DNA of 32,000 nucleotides from an uncultured Oscillospiraceae bacterium (GCA_934631005.1 CAKTXA010000005.1:27463-59462); one strand, 5' to 3'; numbered from the stretch's first letter, positions 17,353 to 26,827 are shown. A program made the numbers and translations. Notes: generated by a model from the letters alone, not told the origin.

Positions 17353-17742
17353 ATGATGGGCTTTGGATTCGGCGGCTTTGACGTGTTCGGCACGGGGATG
17401 TTCGTACTGGTCGGGCTGGTGTTCTGCTTTGTGTTCGGCATGATCATCGTCTCGCTCGTCCGCTCGGCAAAGCAGAAGCGCAAAAATGACGCCTCGCCGC
17501 GGCTGGACGTTGCCGCCACGGTGCGCTCGCGCCGCACGCAGGTCGACTCGCACCGTCACCATGACCGGAACGGCTTTGACAACGTGCACTATGACACGGC
17601 GTACTTTGTGACGTTTGAGTTCCCCAGCGGCGACCGGTCGGAGTTTTCCGTCAGCGGGCAGGAGTACGGTATGCTCTGCGAGGGCGACCGCGGGACGCTC
17701 CACTTTCAGGGCACGCGCTACCTCGGCTTTACGCGCGAGTGA
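17353..17742 (+). CDS. DUF2500-like small membrane protein, 129 aa
   Basis: N-terminal TM helix (FVLVGLVFCFVFGMIIVSLV), then VTFEFPSGDRSEFSVSGQEYGMLCEGDRGTLHFQGTRYLGF, typical of the DUF2500/YhhM type. GGAGGG RBS 7 nt upstream. Confidence 0.7.
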   Translation: MMGFGFGGFDVFGTGMFVLVGLVFCFVFGMIIVSLVRSAKQKRKNDASPRLDVAATVRSRRTQVDSHRHHDRNGFDNVHYDTAYFVTFEFPSGDRSEFSVSGQEYGMLCEGDRGTLHFQGTRYLGFTRE

Positions 17743-17779
17743 CGTCGAAACCGGCAAAATAAAAAACGCGCCGCCGCGC

Positions 17780-17808
17780 TTGACAACCGGCGGCGCGTGT
17801 GCTATTAT
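17780..17808 (+). promoter_or_regulatory. Strong sigma-A promoter for the tRNA gene
   Basis: TTGACA (17780-17785), 17-nt spacer, TATTAT (17803-17808). The predicted start site is ~15 nt upstream of the mature tRNA 5' end. Confidence 0.7.
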
Positions 17809-17829
17809 AATTCAGCTGACAGTCCATAT

Positions 17830-17905
<76 letters not shown>

Positions 17906-17906
17906 T

Positions 17907-17943
17907 AAATCGCCGTATTTCGTAGGAAATGCGGCGATTTCGC
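17907..17943 (+). terminator. Hairpin terminator after the tRNA
   Basis: Stem aaatcgccgtatttc / gaaatgcggcgattt (one G:U pair), loop gtag, followed by a short T-run. Confidence 0.5.
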
Positions 17944-18126
17944 TACATTTTTGTTCGATTTTTTCCATTTTGCTCATTTGCAATTCACGTTACCCGTGGA
18001 GTCCTTGCCCTGATTTGCTGGGTATAAACTCCATATCGAAGCATTCAAAAAGTTTTCGTTGGAATGTCGCCGTTCGATGCCTTTCCGCACCATTTGCAAT
18101 AAAGTATGCAATAGCGCGTTTTTGTT

Positions 18127-19503
18127 TTATGCCGTGCGGCTTTTGCGGCGTGGAAAGCTGGGCAACTGAATATCCGCAAACTTGGCGCGCGGGCCGGCTC
18201 CGTTCAGTTTTGCCATCTCATTCATTTTATCCATCCACAGGTAAGCGCTCATTGTGTCGATCGCCTCGCGCTCGATATCCTCGTTTTTATGAAGATATTT
18301 ACGCGTTGTTTCAATCGACGAATGCCCCAGAATCCCCTGCACGATGTTGAGCGGTACCTTATCCTCCACCAGCCGCGTCGCCAGCGTGTGCCGCAGCGCG
18401 TGGGGATTGACCTTGCGGATCTCGCAGCGTTTGGAAACCGCGGCCAGCCGAATCTCAAAGCTCTTGGGATCGAGGGGCGTCCCGACCTTGGACGGGAACA
18501 GCAGCCCGTCCGGGTTCGGCCACGTGGAATTTGCCAGCGTGAACAGATGCCGGATCAGAAGCTCGCACAGGCCGTCAGAGATCGCGATCTCGCGGTTCGA
18601 CGTGCTTGTCTTCGGCGTGTCCTGAACGATAAGGTGCGTTTTCTTCTTCGGGTCGTAATTCAGGATCTCGATGTTTGGATTCTCTGGAGAAACCGCCGTT
18701 GTTGGAACACGGATCAGATTTTTCGTGACCGAAAGCGTCTGCTTCTCCAAATCCAGATCGGAGATTTTCAGCGCCAGTACCTCGCCGACGCGGAATCCGA
18801 CAAACAGCGTTGTCAGAATCGCCACGCGCTGTGTTTCCCGCATGACCTCCTCGATAAAAATCTGCATTTCCGCTGGACTCAGGACGCGCATCTCCGGTGT
18901 AATGACAGTCGGCCTTGCGGTGTCGATCGTTGGGTTGCAGGGCAGCCGGTACTTCCGCATAGCGTATGTGAAGAAATCCTTGAGCAGCATATGCTGGTTT
19001 TGAATAGTCTTTGCAGACAGACCGCCCCTACGTCCATCCGCACGGCTGCCGTTTTTCTGTTTCCGCTGATAGTAGTCCTGCACAACGTCCTGCGTGATCT
19101 GATAGAGCGGCAGGTTTCCAAAGGCTTCGGCAAAGTGGATTCGGTAAGTATCCAGATAGCTTGCATAGGTGGACGGCTTTCTGGTGGGCGGCGCTTTGTA
19201 TAGGTCAAGCCATTGCGGAAACGCTTCTGAAAAGAGAATTTCCGATTCAATGGGATGTCCGAGTTTTGCCCGAAGCTCTTCCATATGGGCAGCTTCCTGC
19301 GTCCTCGCTTCGTCCTCGGCCTTCAGACGCGCCTGCTCTTCCTCCCACTGTGCCCAGCGCTCCTTGCAGATCGTCTTGGTACGACCCTTGAAGGACTTCC
19401 GAAGCGGCTTGCCATCCTCTTTCCGACCGTAGGTGACCTGATAGACCCATGATTTGTCTTTTTGCTGATAGAAACAGCCTTCTCCATTAGAACGACGTTT
19501 CAT
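18127..19503 (-). CDS. int: Tyrosine recombinase / site-specific integrase, 458 aa
   Basis: N-terminal arm-binding type sequence RRSNGEGCFYQQKDKSWVYQVTYGRKEDGKP. Catalytic box HALRHTLATRL and LGHSSIETTRKYLH (Tyr). ATG 19503 is 8 nt after GGAGG. Confidence 0.93.
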   Translation of the reverse strand: MKRRSNGEGCFYQQKDKSWVYQVTYGRKEDGKPLRKSFKGRTKTICKERWAQWEEEQARLKAEDEARTQEAAHMEELRAKLGHPIESEILFSEAFPQWLDLYKAPPTRKPSTYASYLDTYRIHFAEAFGNLPLYQITQDVVQDYYQRKQKNGSRADGRRGGLSAKTIQNQHMLLKDFFTYAMRKYRLPCNPTIDTARPTVITPEMRVLSPAEMQIFIEEVMRETQRVAILTTLFVGFRVGEVLALKISDLDLEKQTLSVTKNLIRVPTTAVSPENPNIEILNYDPKKKTHLIVQDTPKTSTSNREIAISDGLCELLIRHLFTLANSTWPNPDGLLFPSKVGTPLDPKSFEIRLAAVSKRCEIRKVNPHALRHTLATRLVEDKVPLNIVQGILGHSSIETTRKYLHKNEDIEREAIDTMSAYLWMDKMNEMAKLNGAGPRAKFADIQLPSFPRRKSRTA

Positions 19504-19546
19504 GTGATCAACCTCCAATTTCTTTGTAATATTTGGAGATTTGACT

Positions 19547-19735
19547 TTAATTCATAATCGTATGTGAGGTTTTCATCCACTCGTAAAACGGTTCCTTTGG
19601 AACGCGAAAAGAATTGCCGATACGAATGACCGGAAATGATTTGCTGTGGATCAGATTGTACGCAGCGTTGATGCTGATGTTCAGGATCTGCTTGATATCC
19701 CGTACAGTCAAGGTTTCATTTTCTCTCTTTTCCAT
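19547..19735 (-). CDS. xis: Excisionase-family (HTH_17 / MerR-like) DNA-binding protein, 62 aa
   Basis: Sequence LTVRDIKQILNISINAAYNLIHSKSFPVIRIGNSFRVPKEPFYEWM. GAGGAGG RBS. Located immediately upstream of int. Confidence 0.75.
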   Translation of the reverse strand: MEKRENETLTVRDIKQILNISINAAYNLIHSKSFPVIRIGNSFRVPKEPFYEWMKTSHTIMN

Positions 19736-19888
19736 AGTGGAATCCTCCTCATACGAAGTAAAATATGAACTTTTCAAGGTGCAGAAGCTGACTCGTATAG
19801 CTATTGTACGACAGCTCTGCGGGTAATGCAATGCCGCCGCTGGTATCGCGGCGGCATTATTTTGAAAGATGTTTCTCTTTTCAGGTTC

Positions 19889-20005
19889 TTAAAGCCCGTG
19901 ATATATACGGAAGAGTTTTTCTTTCGTGCCATCAAAAATAGCCTCGGTGAACGTATACATCTGCGCAAGTGCATCGACCGCCTGTTGCCGTGTGGAATAA
20001 GCCAT
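19889..20005 (-). CDS. Possible 38-aa small ORF between the sigma-like gene and xis
   Basis: Hand translation gives MAYSTRQQAVDALAQMYTFTEAIFDGTKEKLFRIYHGL. It is below the ORF-track cut-off, has a weak RBS and resembles nothing I recognise. Confidence 0.25.
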   Translation of the reverse strand: MAYSTRQQAVDALAQMYTFTEAIFDGTKEKLFRIYHGL

Positions 20006-20088
20006 CCAAAGAGAAATTCCCATGCTTTTGTATTAGCATTCCGGCTATTCCGACAAGAATAGTATCAAAGTTCTCCAGAAAAGCTTTC

Positions 20089-20577
20089 TCACGATAAACG
20101 AAACACCTGCTTTGTAAATGTGTAGAAGCTCGCCAGGTTGTCGATGGCCTCAGCGCGTATTTTATAAACAGTTCTTCTGGTAACGCCAAGACCTTTGGCG
20201 ATCTCCGTCCAGCTTTTTTGGAAAAAGTAATGCTCCTTCAGAGTCGTGCTTTCCCGATGCTCCAACAAGCTGATATAGTATTGTAGACGTTCCCGTTCGC
20301 AAACCAATGCTACATATTGTGCTGCAACCTCGTTAGAAGCATCTTTGTTCAGCCGGTCCGTTACCTCCCGGAAGCACATCGCGATACCTGCAACGTCATG
20401 GGGATAACTGTTGTCCGGATCATTCTCGCGGCGAGACAACGCCAGTGTCTCGATCATTTCCTCAGGCGAAACAATATTACAATGCTGCAGTTCATAGCGC
20501 AGCAGTTCAATTTCCTTGGTCGTTTTCGCATAATTCTCCAGAAGCGTTAAAATATAACCAGTCATTTCATTTTCCAT
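20089..20577 (-). CDS. Sigma-70 region-4-like / ArpU-RinA-like transcriptional regulator of mobile elements, 162 aa
   Basis: N-terminal LLENYAKTTKEIELLRYEL motif and C-terminal HTH KSWTEIAKGLGVTRRTVYKIRAEAIDNL. Start MENEMTG at ATG 20577 with a GGAGG RBS. Confidence 0.7.
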   Translation of the reverse strand: MENEMTGYILTLLENYAKTTKEIELLRYELQHCNIVSPEEMIETLALSRRENDPDNSYPHDVAGIAMCFREVTDRLNKDASNEVAAQYVALVCERERLQYYISLLEHRESTTLKEHYFFQKSWTEIAKGLGVTRRTVYKIRAEAIDNLASFYTFTKQVFRLS

Positions 20578-20628
20578 TGGCAGTATTCCTCCGTGTTCTA
20601 TTGAGAAGTCTGCGGGCCGCGAAAGCAT

Positions 20629-20677
20629 AAAAAAACAGATGTCCCTGTGTCACAACCGTACAGGACATCTGTTTTTT
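20629..20677. terminator. Bidirectional intrinsic terminator upstream of the sigma-like gene
   Basis: Stem cagatgtcc(c)tg / caggacatctg, with an A7 run on the left and a T6 run on the right. Confidence 0.6.
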
Positions 20678-20843
20678 CCACATTAAGAGTACCATAGAGA
20701 ATGGTGCAATGACAAGTACATGCACATGGAAATTTTCAGGAATAAGCCGTGAAAATTGTGTATACACAGCGGGAAATCCGTGTGAAGCTATCTTTCAAGC
20801 ATCAAAACAAGCAGAATGCCGCAGCCTTTTGACTCCACGATGC

Positions 20844-21132
20844 TTAAAATCTTGCCCAATTCAAGACACACTCTCTATACAGTTTACATTGTGGATGAAC
20901 GGATGCAAAGTTTTGGAGCACGATGGATGGCTGATATGCAGGTTGAGAGTATAAAGCAATGGGAAGATAAGAACACACTCGATTCCTCGCTATCCAAAAG
21001 CTACGGGAGTTGTTTGGAGTTTCTGAATTGTTGAGCGTAACGATCCAGGGCATGTCATCTGCCCATTGAACATTGATGTAACCGCATTCTTTTAGTTCTC
21101 TTACAATGCCATCGAGCACATTGCTTTGGAAA
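20844..21132 (-). pseudogene. 5'-truncated gene fragment at the right edge of the element
   Basis: The minus-strand frame (..NVLDGIVRELKECGYINVQWADDMPWIVTLNN..) stays open upstream, straight into the high-GC terminator module. It has no RBS or ATG (the ORF track starts at a GTG). The second half looks non-protein-like. Confidence 0.3.
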
Positions 21133-21850
21133 GCACGGCGGCAGTCAGAGCATGGTCTGACTGCCGCCGCCGGGGAGGATGATAGAGGTGATTTTATTTT
21201 AGCGTAAAGCTTTTTCTCGCGGAGGGCTCGAACATTCTAAGCAGGATCGCCGCCGCCTCGCTGCGCTTGATGGTGCTCTCGGGGCGGAACGTGCCCGCCG
21301 TGTCATTGCCGTGCAGGATGCCCGCGCGGTAGAGCTCGTAGATCTCCGCCGCGAACGCGTCGCCGAGCTTCACGTCGGGGATCGCGTTGTCCGCCACGGT
21401 GTTGATCTGCTCGTAGTGCTCCAGCGCGCCGTGGAAGATGTGCACAAACTCGCCGCGCGTGACGGGTGCGTTCATCTGCTCCCGGCTGTAGCCGGCGTAG
21501 CGCTCCTCCAGAATGCCGTTTGCGACAGCGTAGCTGACATAGGCGTCATACCAGTTCCCTGCGCCGTTTTTCAGGCTGACCTCGCCGGTGCGGTCAAGCT
21601 GATGCAGCGCGGCGGACAGCTTGATCGCCTGCGCCACGGTCAGCGTGGAATCCGGGTCAAAGCGTCTGTCGCCCACGCCGTCGATCAGACCGTTTTCGTG
21701 CGCGCGGTAAACGCTGTCATAATACCAGCTATCGCGCGGCACGTCGACAAAGCGCGTCCGCTCCGCAGCAGCCTGAGACTGCCCGGCATCCTCCCGGACG
21801 GAGGGTCTGCCGACCGACGCACTCGAGCCGCCGCCGGAAGGCGCAGGCGG
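21133..21850 (-). repeat. Copy A of the ~715-bp SLH-anchor plus terminator module
   Basis: Aligns by eye base for base with 27045-27760, with only scattered substitutions and one small indel. It covers the terminator hairpin, the stop codon and the last ~218 codons (three SLH repeats) of the GH95 gene. Confidence 0.9.
21137..21168 (-). terminator. GH95 terminator hairpin (U-tract replaced by element DNA)
   Basis: 13-bp stem ggcggcagtcaga / tctgactgccgcc. On the minus strand it is followed by gtgctttccaaag rather than the T7 run seen in copy B. Confidence 0.6.
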
Positions 21851-24800
21851 TGTGACCGTCGGAGCTTGGACGCTAACGGTCTTGTCGCCCGTCCAGTTAA
21901 TCCCATCCAGACTGTACTGCACCTTGTAGGTCATGGGCTGATTGCCTGCGTTGGCAGACAGCGTCAGCCTTGCCGTCTGCACTTTATCCGTGCCGGTCGT
22001 TGTGCCGGTGATGTCATCGGCAGCCTTGACCTGAATGCCGTCAGTCAGATCCGTGCCGGTGAGCGTGACTGTGATATCACCGCCGTCAGAGGAAAGCTCC
22101 GTGGGCGTTACGGTATAGCCGGTCACCGTCGGGGTGGGCGAGACAGACGCAAACCGGGCAGTCACCGTATTATTCCCGTCCGCAAGCGTCAGCTTCAGCG
22201 GGTCATCCGTGCTCTGCGTATGATTGTACTCCCAGCCCAGGAAGCGGGATCCGGGCTCCGCCGTCGGTGTGAGCGTTACCTCCGTTCCGGGCGCATACGG
22301 CGCGCCGGGGGAAGCTGCGACGCTGCCGCCGCCCTGCACCATCAGAAGCAGGCGTGCGGTGGGGTTGACCACCACGCGCAGGGGGAGCGTCGCCTCTTTA
22401 CCGCCATACTGCGCGGTCAGGGTAGCCGTGCCTGCGCCGACTGCCGTCACGCTCCCACCAGACACAGTGCAGATCCCGTCGGGCTTCGTGCTGATCTGCG
22501 CCATGGCGGTCACATCCTGCGGCGCGCCGCGGTCATAGACCGCTGTCACGGTGAGGCTCGTCGTTCTTCCCACTGCAAGCGCCGATGACGCGGCGTGGAG
22601 CTTGAGCTCCGTGAGCACCGGGGTAAAGTCCTTTCCCTGCATTGCCGCATTCAGCGCGTCTGTCGCGCTGTTGACGTCATCCTGTGTGGCGGACGGATCG
22701 TTTGCAGCAGCGATGGCGGCAGCTCTGGCGTTCTGGAACGTATTCCACTCGATCTCGCCAAAGTCATCCTCCAGCGCCAGCGCCGCCTGCTCCAGCGCCG
22801 CATACAGCGCGGTCTTGTCGGCGGCTGCGGCGGGAAGCTGATGGTAGCCCTCAAGCTCCCAGAGCGTGATGCCGCCGTTTCCGGCGTTCTCCCTGTGGTA
22901 GAGCTTGAGCTGATATTCCTGCGCCGTGACCGGGGCAAAGTCCATCTCATATTTGGCGACATTGTTATTGATCTCAGTGCCGCCATTCTCACAGCCGGTG
23001 GCTTTCAGCTCCCAGACGCCGTTATCGTTCTTTACATACAGCTCCACCTTGCCGATGCGCATATTCCCCTCATTTGGGTGCGTAGCGTCCCAGGACAGAT
23101 CCACCCGCTCGAAGATGCGCAGCTCGCTGAGCTCCTTCTCCTCGCCGAGAGCTACCGTCAGGGTGAACGGAGCTGTCCCGTTCTTTGTCGCAAAGCGCTT
23201 TTGCGCATCGGATGCCTCCGTGCTTCCTTGGAAGCCGTCGGTCAGCCAGCTTGTACCGTATTGGCTGCTGTATGGCTCTGCACCGTCCAGTGTGAAGCTC
23301 TTTCCAAAGAAAATATTATCGCTTGTGTAGGTCGTCTGGTTTGTCGCAAGCCGTAGGTCGAGCGTTGCGGAAACGCCGGAGCCATCGGTCGCCTCGGCAG
23401 TGACGCGCAGGAGCTCCGCGCCCGCACCGGTCGCGGTGACCAGACCGCTGTTGCTCACCGTCGCGTGCGTGGTCGGTGTGCCGTCCGTCTTGGCGATGCT
23501 CCAGCGCAGAACGGGGTTATCCGCGTCCACGGGTGTGACCTCAGCCAGAAGCTGGATCGTCTGATCGACCGTGGAGAGCGTCGTCACACCTGTTGGCGAC
23601 GAAAGAGCCAGACCGGTCACAGGCTTTGCCGCCTGCTGCTGGTAGACCTTAAAGTAGTCGATGGAAACGCTCACATCTTTCACAGTTGATTTGTTGATGA
23701 CAATGTTGTCCATCACCCGCACACGGATGGTGTGGGGGCCGTCGGTCAGGTCGCGTTTTTCAAAGACCAGCATATCCGTTTGCTTTGGGTCTGCGTTGAC
23801 GCTGTGCCAATCGTCCTGCTTAACGCCGTCAATGTAGACCTCCACAGCGTTATAGTTGGGCTTTCCGACCGCGTACAGTCCGATGCCGCTGCCGGTAAAG
23901 CTGAGCGTCGCCTCGGAGCCCGGAGTCCATGAGCAGTTGTTGGTGCTCTCATAGTGGTCACCTTCGGTGAACAGGCTCCACGAGCCCGTGTACGCGACCT
24001 TCGGATCGTTGCTGTCCACGATGTGATCCTGCAGACCACTTTCAGTCACGGTGGCGGAGCGTGCTCCCGGCGTCCCTGCGCCGTCAACACCGCAGACCTG
24101 ATAGGAATACACCTCGCCGCCCGCGCGCAGCGCAGTCTGGTCGAGATAGCCCGTTGTGGGCACGCCGGCGGCCACCAGCTCGAACGCGCCGCTGTTCAGG
24201 CTGCGGTAGACATCATAGGCGCTCGCGCCCTCCACCGCATCCCAGCTCAGGCGCACGCTGCCGGCGTCCTGACGCAGCGCCGTCAGCGACTGCGGCGCCG
24301 CCATCGGCAGCCGGTTGAGGATGGTGTAGGTCTGCCCCTTCTGCGTGTCAAAGGAGTATCGGCCCTGCTTGCCCGGAACTGGCGTATAGGAGACCGGATC
24401 GCCGGACGCGTCGCGCAGCTCAAAGCTGTCGCCCACGCGGAACTGCACGACTGCCTTGCCGCCGTTGCGGGAGAGAATGTCGATACGCTCGGGCATGCCG
24501 TCGCGCCATGAAACATCCAGCTCAAAATTGCCGCGGGCAAGCAGCCCGTCCACTCTGCCGCGGCTCCATGCGTTGGGAACGGCGGGCAGGATGTTGAGAT
24601 AGCCCATATTGCTCTGCACCAGCATCTCGTTCACACCGGCGGTATAGCCGAAGTTTCCGTCGATCTGGAAATATTTTGGGTCATGGAAATCCCAGAGATT
24701 CTGATAAATGGCGTTTTTCATCAGAAGCTCGATGACCTGATACGCATGGTCGCCATCACCCAGACGCGCCCATGAGTTGATGCGCTGTGCCATGCCCCAG

Positions 24801-26827
24801 CCGGTGGTCCGATCCACGCGGTCTTCCAAAGAGACGCGCGCCGCCGCATACAGCTCCGGCGTCTCCTCGGAAATGAGATCGCCGGGATACAGCCCCAGCA
24901 AGTGGGAGATGTGGCGGTGACCGCTGACGTTGCCCGCAACGCTGTTCAGTGTGCTCTCATGATACCACTCCTTGATCTGCCCGGATGCGCCGATCTCGAC
25001 AGGCGTGCGCAGGTTGTTGAAGATAGCCTCCCATTGTTGGATCAGCGCCGCGTCCTCACCCACCAGCCGCGCCGCCTGCAGGGTGTCGTGGAAGAGCTGC
25101 CAGACCAGCGACTGCTCATAGGTGTTGCCGTTGGTCTGCGGGCCGTGCTCTGGCGAGTAGGCAGGGGTGGATACCCACTTGCCGTCCACCTGCCGCATGG
25201 TCTGCACATAGTATTTGAGCGCCTCCTTCATGGCAGGATAGATGTTCTGCCGCATAAATTCGAGGTCGCCGGTATACTCATAGTGCTCCCAGACGTTTTG
25301 GAGGATCCAGGGCACACTTGCCGGGCTCCAGCCCCAGTCAAAGCTCCAGCCCGGGCAGGTCCAGCCGAAGGGGGTGTTCTGGGTATGCGCCGTAAAGCCA
25401 TTTTCGGGATTTTCAGGCGTAGACTCCACGCCGCCGTAGATCCTGGCTGTCACACGGCCCGGCTCGCGCATACTGTCCACATAGGAAATGAGCGGCAAGG
25501 CGCACTCCGTCAGGTTGGAGGAGTAGGCAGGCCAGTAGTTCATCTGCAGGTTGACGTTGATATGATAGTCCGAGGCCCAGGGCGGATAATTGTCGCCGAC
25601 CCAAAGTCCCTGCAGGTTGGCAGGCAGGGTATCGCCGCGGCTGGAGGCGACCAGCAGGTAGCGGCCATACTGGTAAAGCAGCACCTCCAGCAGGCTCTTT
25701 TCCTCCGGCGAAAGCGTATTCGCCTTGTACCCCGCAAGCAGCGCGGCGGTCGTTTTTTCGGACTCGCTCTGCCCGAGATCCAGCTTCACACGATCCATCA
25801 TGCCGGATACGTCCGCCGTATGCGCTGCGCGCAGAGCGGCAAAGCCCTTTGCCGCCGCCGCGTCCACCACGGCCTTCACGCGGGCGTCAAGCGCCTGCTG
25901 TGACTCGCCAGTACGGTAGGCGGGATAGGCGTTTTCATAGTCGGTCGCCATGCTCAGTACGATGGTCACATCGCGCGCGCCCGATATATCCAGCTTATCT
26001 CCGCTCTTCACCGACGCGCCGCCGCCGGTAAGCAGCACCCGCAGCGTGCCGTTGAAGCGAAGCTGATTGTCGTTCAGACTGCCGGACACCACCAGGCTGG
26101 TGTCGTCGCCCGTGATCGTCCATGAGCGCGCGGCAGTGTTGCTGGGACTGTGCGGAGAGGCGTTCATGTTGGTATTTCCCGGATCCATAGAGAGCGAGAA
26201 GCCCAGCGTACCACCCTCCGCCGTGAGGCGGACGACCATGACCTTATCCGGGTAGCTGGCAAAATACTCCCGGGCATAGGTCGTCCCGCCGCTTTTGTAG
26301 GTCACGGCGGCAATGCCGTTGGTCAGGTCAAGGCTGCGGCGATAGTCTGTCACATTCGTGTGGTCGAGCTTCAGATTGAGGTTTCCGAAGAGCTGATAGC
26401 CGCCGTAGCCGTCCTTCTGACCGATCAGATTGGACTTGCACAGCGCAGCGCCCCCGGCACTGTCTCCCGCGAGGAATTTATTCTGGATCTCCCGCAGGAC
26501 CGCCCCGTCCTGTCCCTTCTCCGGCAGATTGCCGCCCTGATAATTGGGGCGCGATTCGCTCGGCCCGCCGGTCCAGAAGGTTTTCTCATTGAGCGTGATC
26601 CGCTCTGTGTCATAGCGTCCAAAGACGCTCCCGCCCAGATAGCTGTTGCCGATGGGCAGGGACTGCTGCGACCAGCCGTTATCATAGTCGTTAGCCGCCG
26701 GCTGGTCGTACCAAAGCTGCAGCGCAGGCATGGCTGCCGGTCCCGGCGTCTCCGCCGCTGCCCCGACAGGCAGCAGAAGCAGCAGCAGGGTCATCGCCAA
26801 AATGGCGGATATACTTCGTTTGAACAT
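21194..26827 (-). CDS. Cell-surface GH95 alpha-L-fucosidase, multidomain, SLH-anchored, 1877 aa
   Basis: Signal peptide MFKRSISAILAMTLLLLLLPVGAAA. GH95 N-terminal motif LWYDQPA...SLPIGNSYLGGSVFG..ERITLNEKTFWTGGP and core motif NLQGLWVGDNYPPWASDYHINVNLQMNYWP. Then FN3-like, CBM/discoidin-like, Big_2-like and FIVAR-like segments and three C-terminal SLH repeats. GGAGGAG RBS. Confidence 0.93.
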   Translation of the reverse strand: MFKRSISAILAMTLLLLLLPVGAAAETPGPAAMPALQLWYDQPAANDYDNGWSQQSLPIGNSYLGGSVFGRYDTERITLNEKTFWTGGPSESRPNYQGGNLPEKGQDGAVLREIQNKFLAGDSAGGAALCKSNLIGQKDGYGGYQLFGNLNLKLDHTNVTDYRRSLDLTNGIAAVTYKSGGTTYAREYFASYPDKVMVVRLTAEGGTLGFSLSMDPGNTNMNASPHSPSNTAARSWTITGDDTSLVVSGSLNDNQLRFNGTLRVLLTGGGASVKSGDKLDISGARDVTIVLSMATDYENAYPAYRTGESQQALDARVKAVVDAAAAKGFAALRAAHTADVSGMMDRVKLDLGQSESEKTTAALLAGYKANTLSPEEKSLLEVLLYQYGRYLLVASSRGDTLPANLQGLWVGDNYPPWASDYHINVNLQMNYWPAYSSNLTECALPLISYVDSMREPGRVTARIYGGVESTPENPENGFTAHTQNTPFGWTCPGWSFDWGWSPASVPWILQNVWEHYEYTGDLEFMRQNIYPAMKEALKYYVQTMRQVDGKWVSTPAYSPEHGPQTNGNTYEQSLVWQLFHDTLQAARLVGEDAALIQQWEAIFNNLRTPVEIGASGQIKEWYHESTLNSVAGNVSGHRHISHLLGLYPGDLISEETPELYAAARVSLEDRVDRTTGWGMAQRINSWARLGDGDHAYQVIELLMKNAIYQNLWDFHDPKYFQIDGNFGYTAGVNEMLVQSNMGYLNILPAVPNAWSRGRVDGLLARGNFELDVSWRDGMPERIDILSRNGGKAVVQFRVGDSFELRDASGDPVSYTPVPGKQGRYSFDTQKGQTYTILNRLPMAAPQSLTALRQDAGSVRLSWDAVEGASAYDVYRSLNSGAFELVAAGVPTTGYLDQTALRAGGEVYSYQVCGVDGAGTPGARSATVTESGLQDHIVDSNDPKVAYTGSWSLFTEGDHYESTNNCSWTPGSEATLSFTGSGIGLYAVGKPNYNAVEVYIDGVKQDDWHSVNADPKQTDMLVFEKRDLTDGPHTIRVRVMDNIVINKSTVKDVSVSIDYFKVYQQQAAKPVTGLALSSPTGVTTLSTVDQTIQLLAEVTPVDADNPVLRWSIAKTDGTPTTHATVSNSGLVTATGAGAELLRVTAEATDGSGVSATLDLRLATNQTTYTSDNIFFGKSFTLDGAEPYSSQYGTSWLTDGFQGSTEASDAQKRFATKNGTAPFTLTVALGEEKELSELRIFERVDLSWDATHPNEGNMRIGKVELYVKNDNGVWELKATGCENGGTEINNNVAKYEMDFAPVTAQEYQLKLYHRENAGNGGITLWELEGYHQLPAAAADKTALYAALEQAALALEDDFGEIEWNTFQNARAAAIAAANDPSATQDDVNSATDALNAAMQGKDFTPVLTELKLHAASSALAVGRTTSLTVTAVYDRGAPQDVTAMAQISTKPDGICTVSGGSVTAVGAGTATLTAQYGGKEATLPLRVVVNPTARLLLMVQGGGSVAASPGAPYAPGTEVTLTPTAEPGSRFLGWEYNHTQSTDDPLKLTLADGNNTVTARFASVSPTPTVTGYTVTPTELSSDGGDITVTLTGTDLTDGIQVKAADDITGTTTGTDKVQTARLTLSANAGNQPMTYKVQYSLDGINWTGDKTVSVQAPTVTPPAPSGGGSSASVGRPSVREDAGQSQAAAERTRFVDVPRDSWYYDSVYRAHENGLIDGVGDRRFDPDSTLTVAQAIKLSAALHQLDRTGEVSLKNGAGNWYDAYVSYAVANGILEERYAGYSREQMNAPVTRGEFVHIFHGALEHYEQINTVADNAIPDVKLGDAFAAEIYELYRAGILHGNDTAGTFRPESTIKRSEAAAILLRMFEPSARKSFTLK

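Larger units (their letters stand above)
17906..21132. mobile_element. Remnant of a tRNA-fMet-targeted integrative element (ICE or phage-like recombination/regulation end)
   Basis: There is an abrupt composition drop: the hand-counted line 19561-19620 is 43% G+C, against 70% for line 9001-9060. The segment contains int, an xis-like HTH and a sigma/ArpU-like regulator, all on the minus strand. It starts at the tRNA 3' end and stops at the first base of the repeated GH95/GH2 terminator module (21133). No attR copy was found. Confidence 0.7.

Noticed and set aside
15144-17537. 797-aa ORF on the minus strand
   Set aside because: It is antisense to dusB, the zinc-ribbon gene and the DUF2500 gene, which all have clear motifs and RBSs. 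The product is Arg/Ala/Gly-rich low-complexity sequence, typical of stop-codon-poor antisense frames in ~70% GC DNA.
20709-21034. 81-aa and 72-aa plus-strand ORFs in the element remnant
   Set aside because: They have no RBS, are Cys-rich or odd in composition, overlap each other and the truncated minus-strand fragment, and show no recognisable similarity.
20600-21200. Search for an attR copy of the tRNA-fMet 3' end (ggttcaagtccctctcccgcaacca)
   Set aside because: No convincing match was seen by eye here or in 26830-27100. Only trivial 5-6-nt similarities (caacc..gta) turned up, so the element boundaries are called from composition and the repeat junction only.
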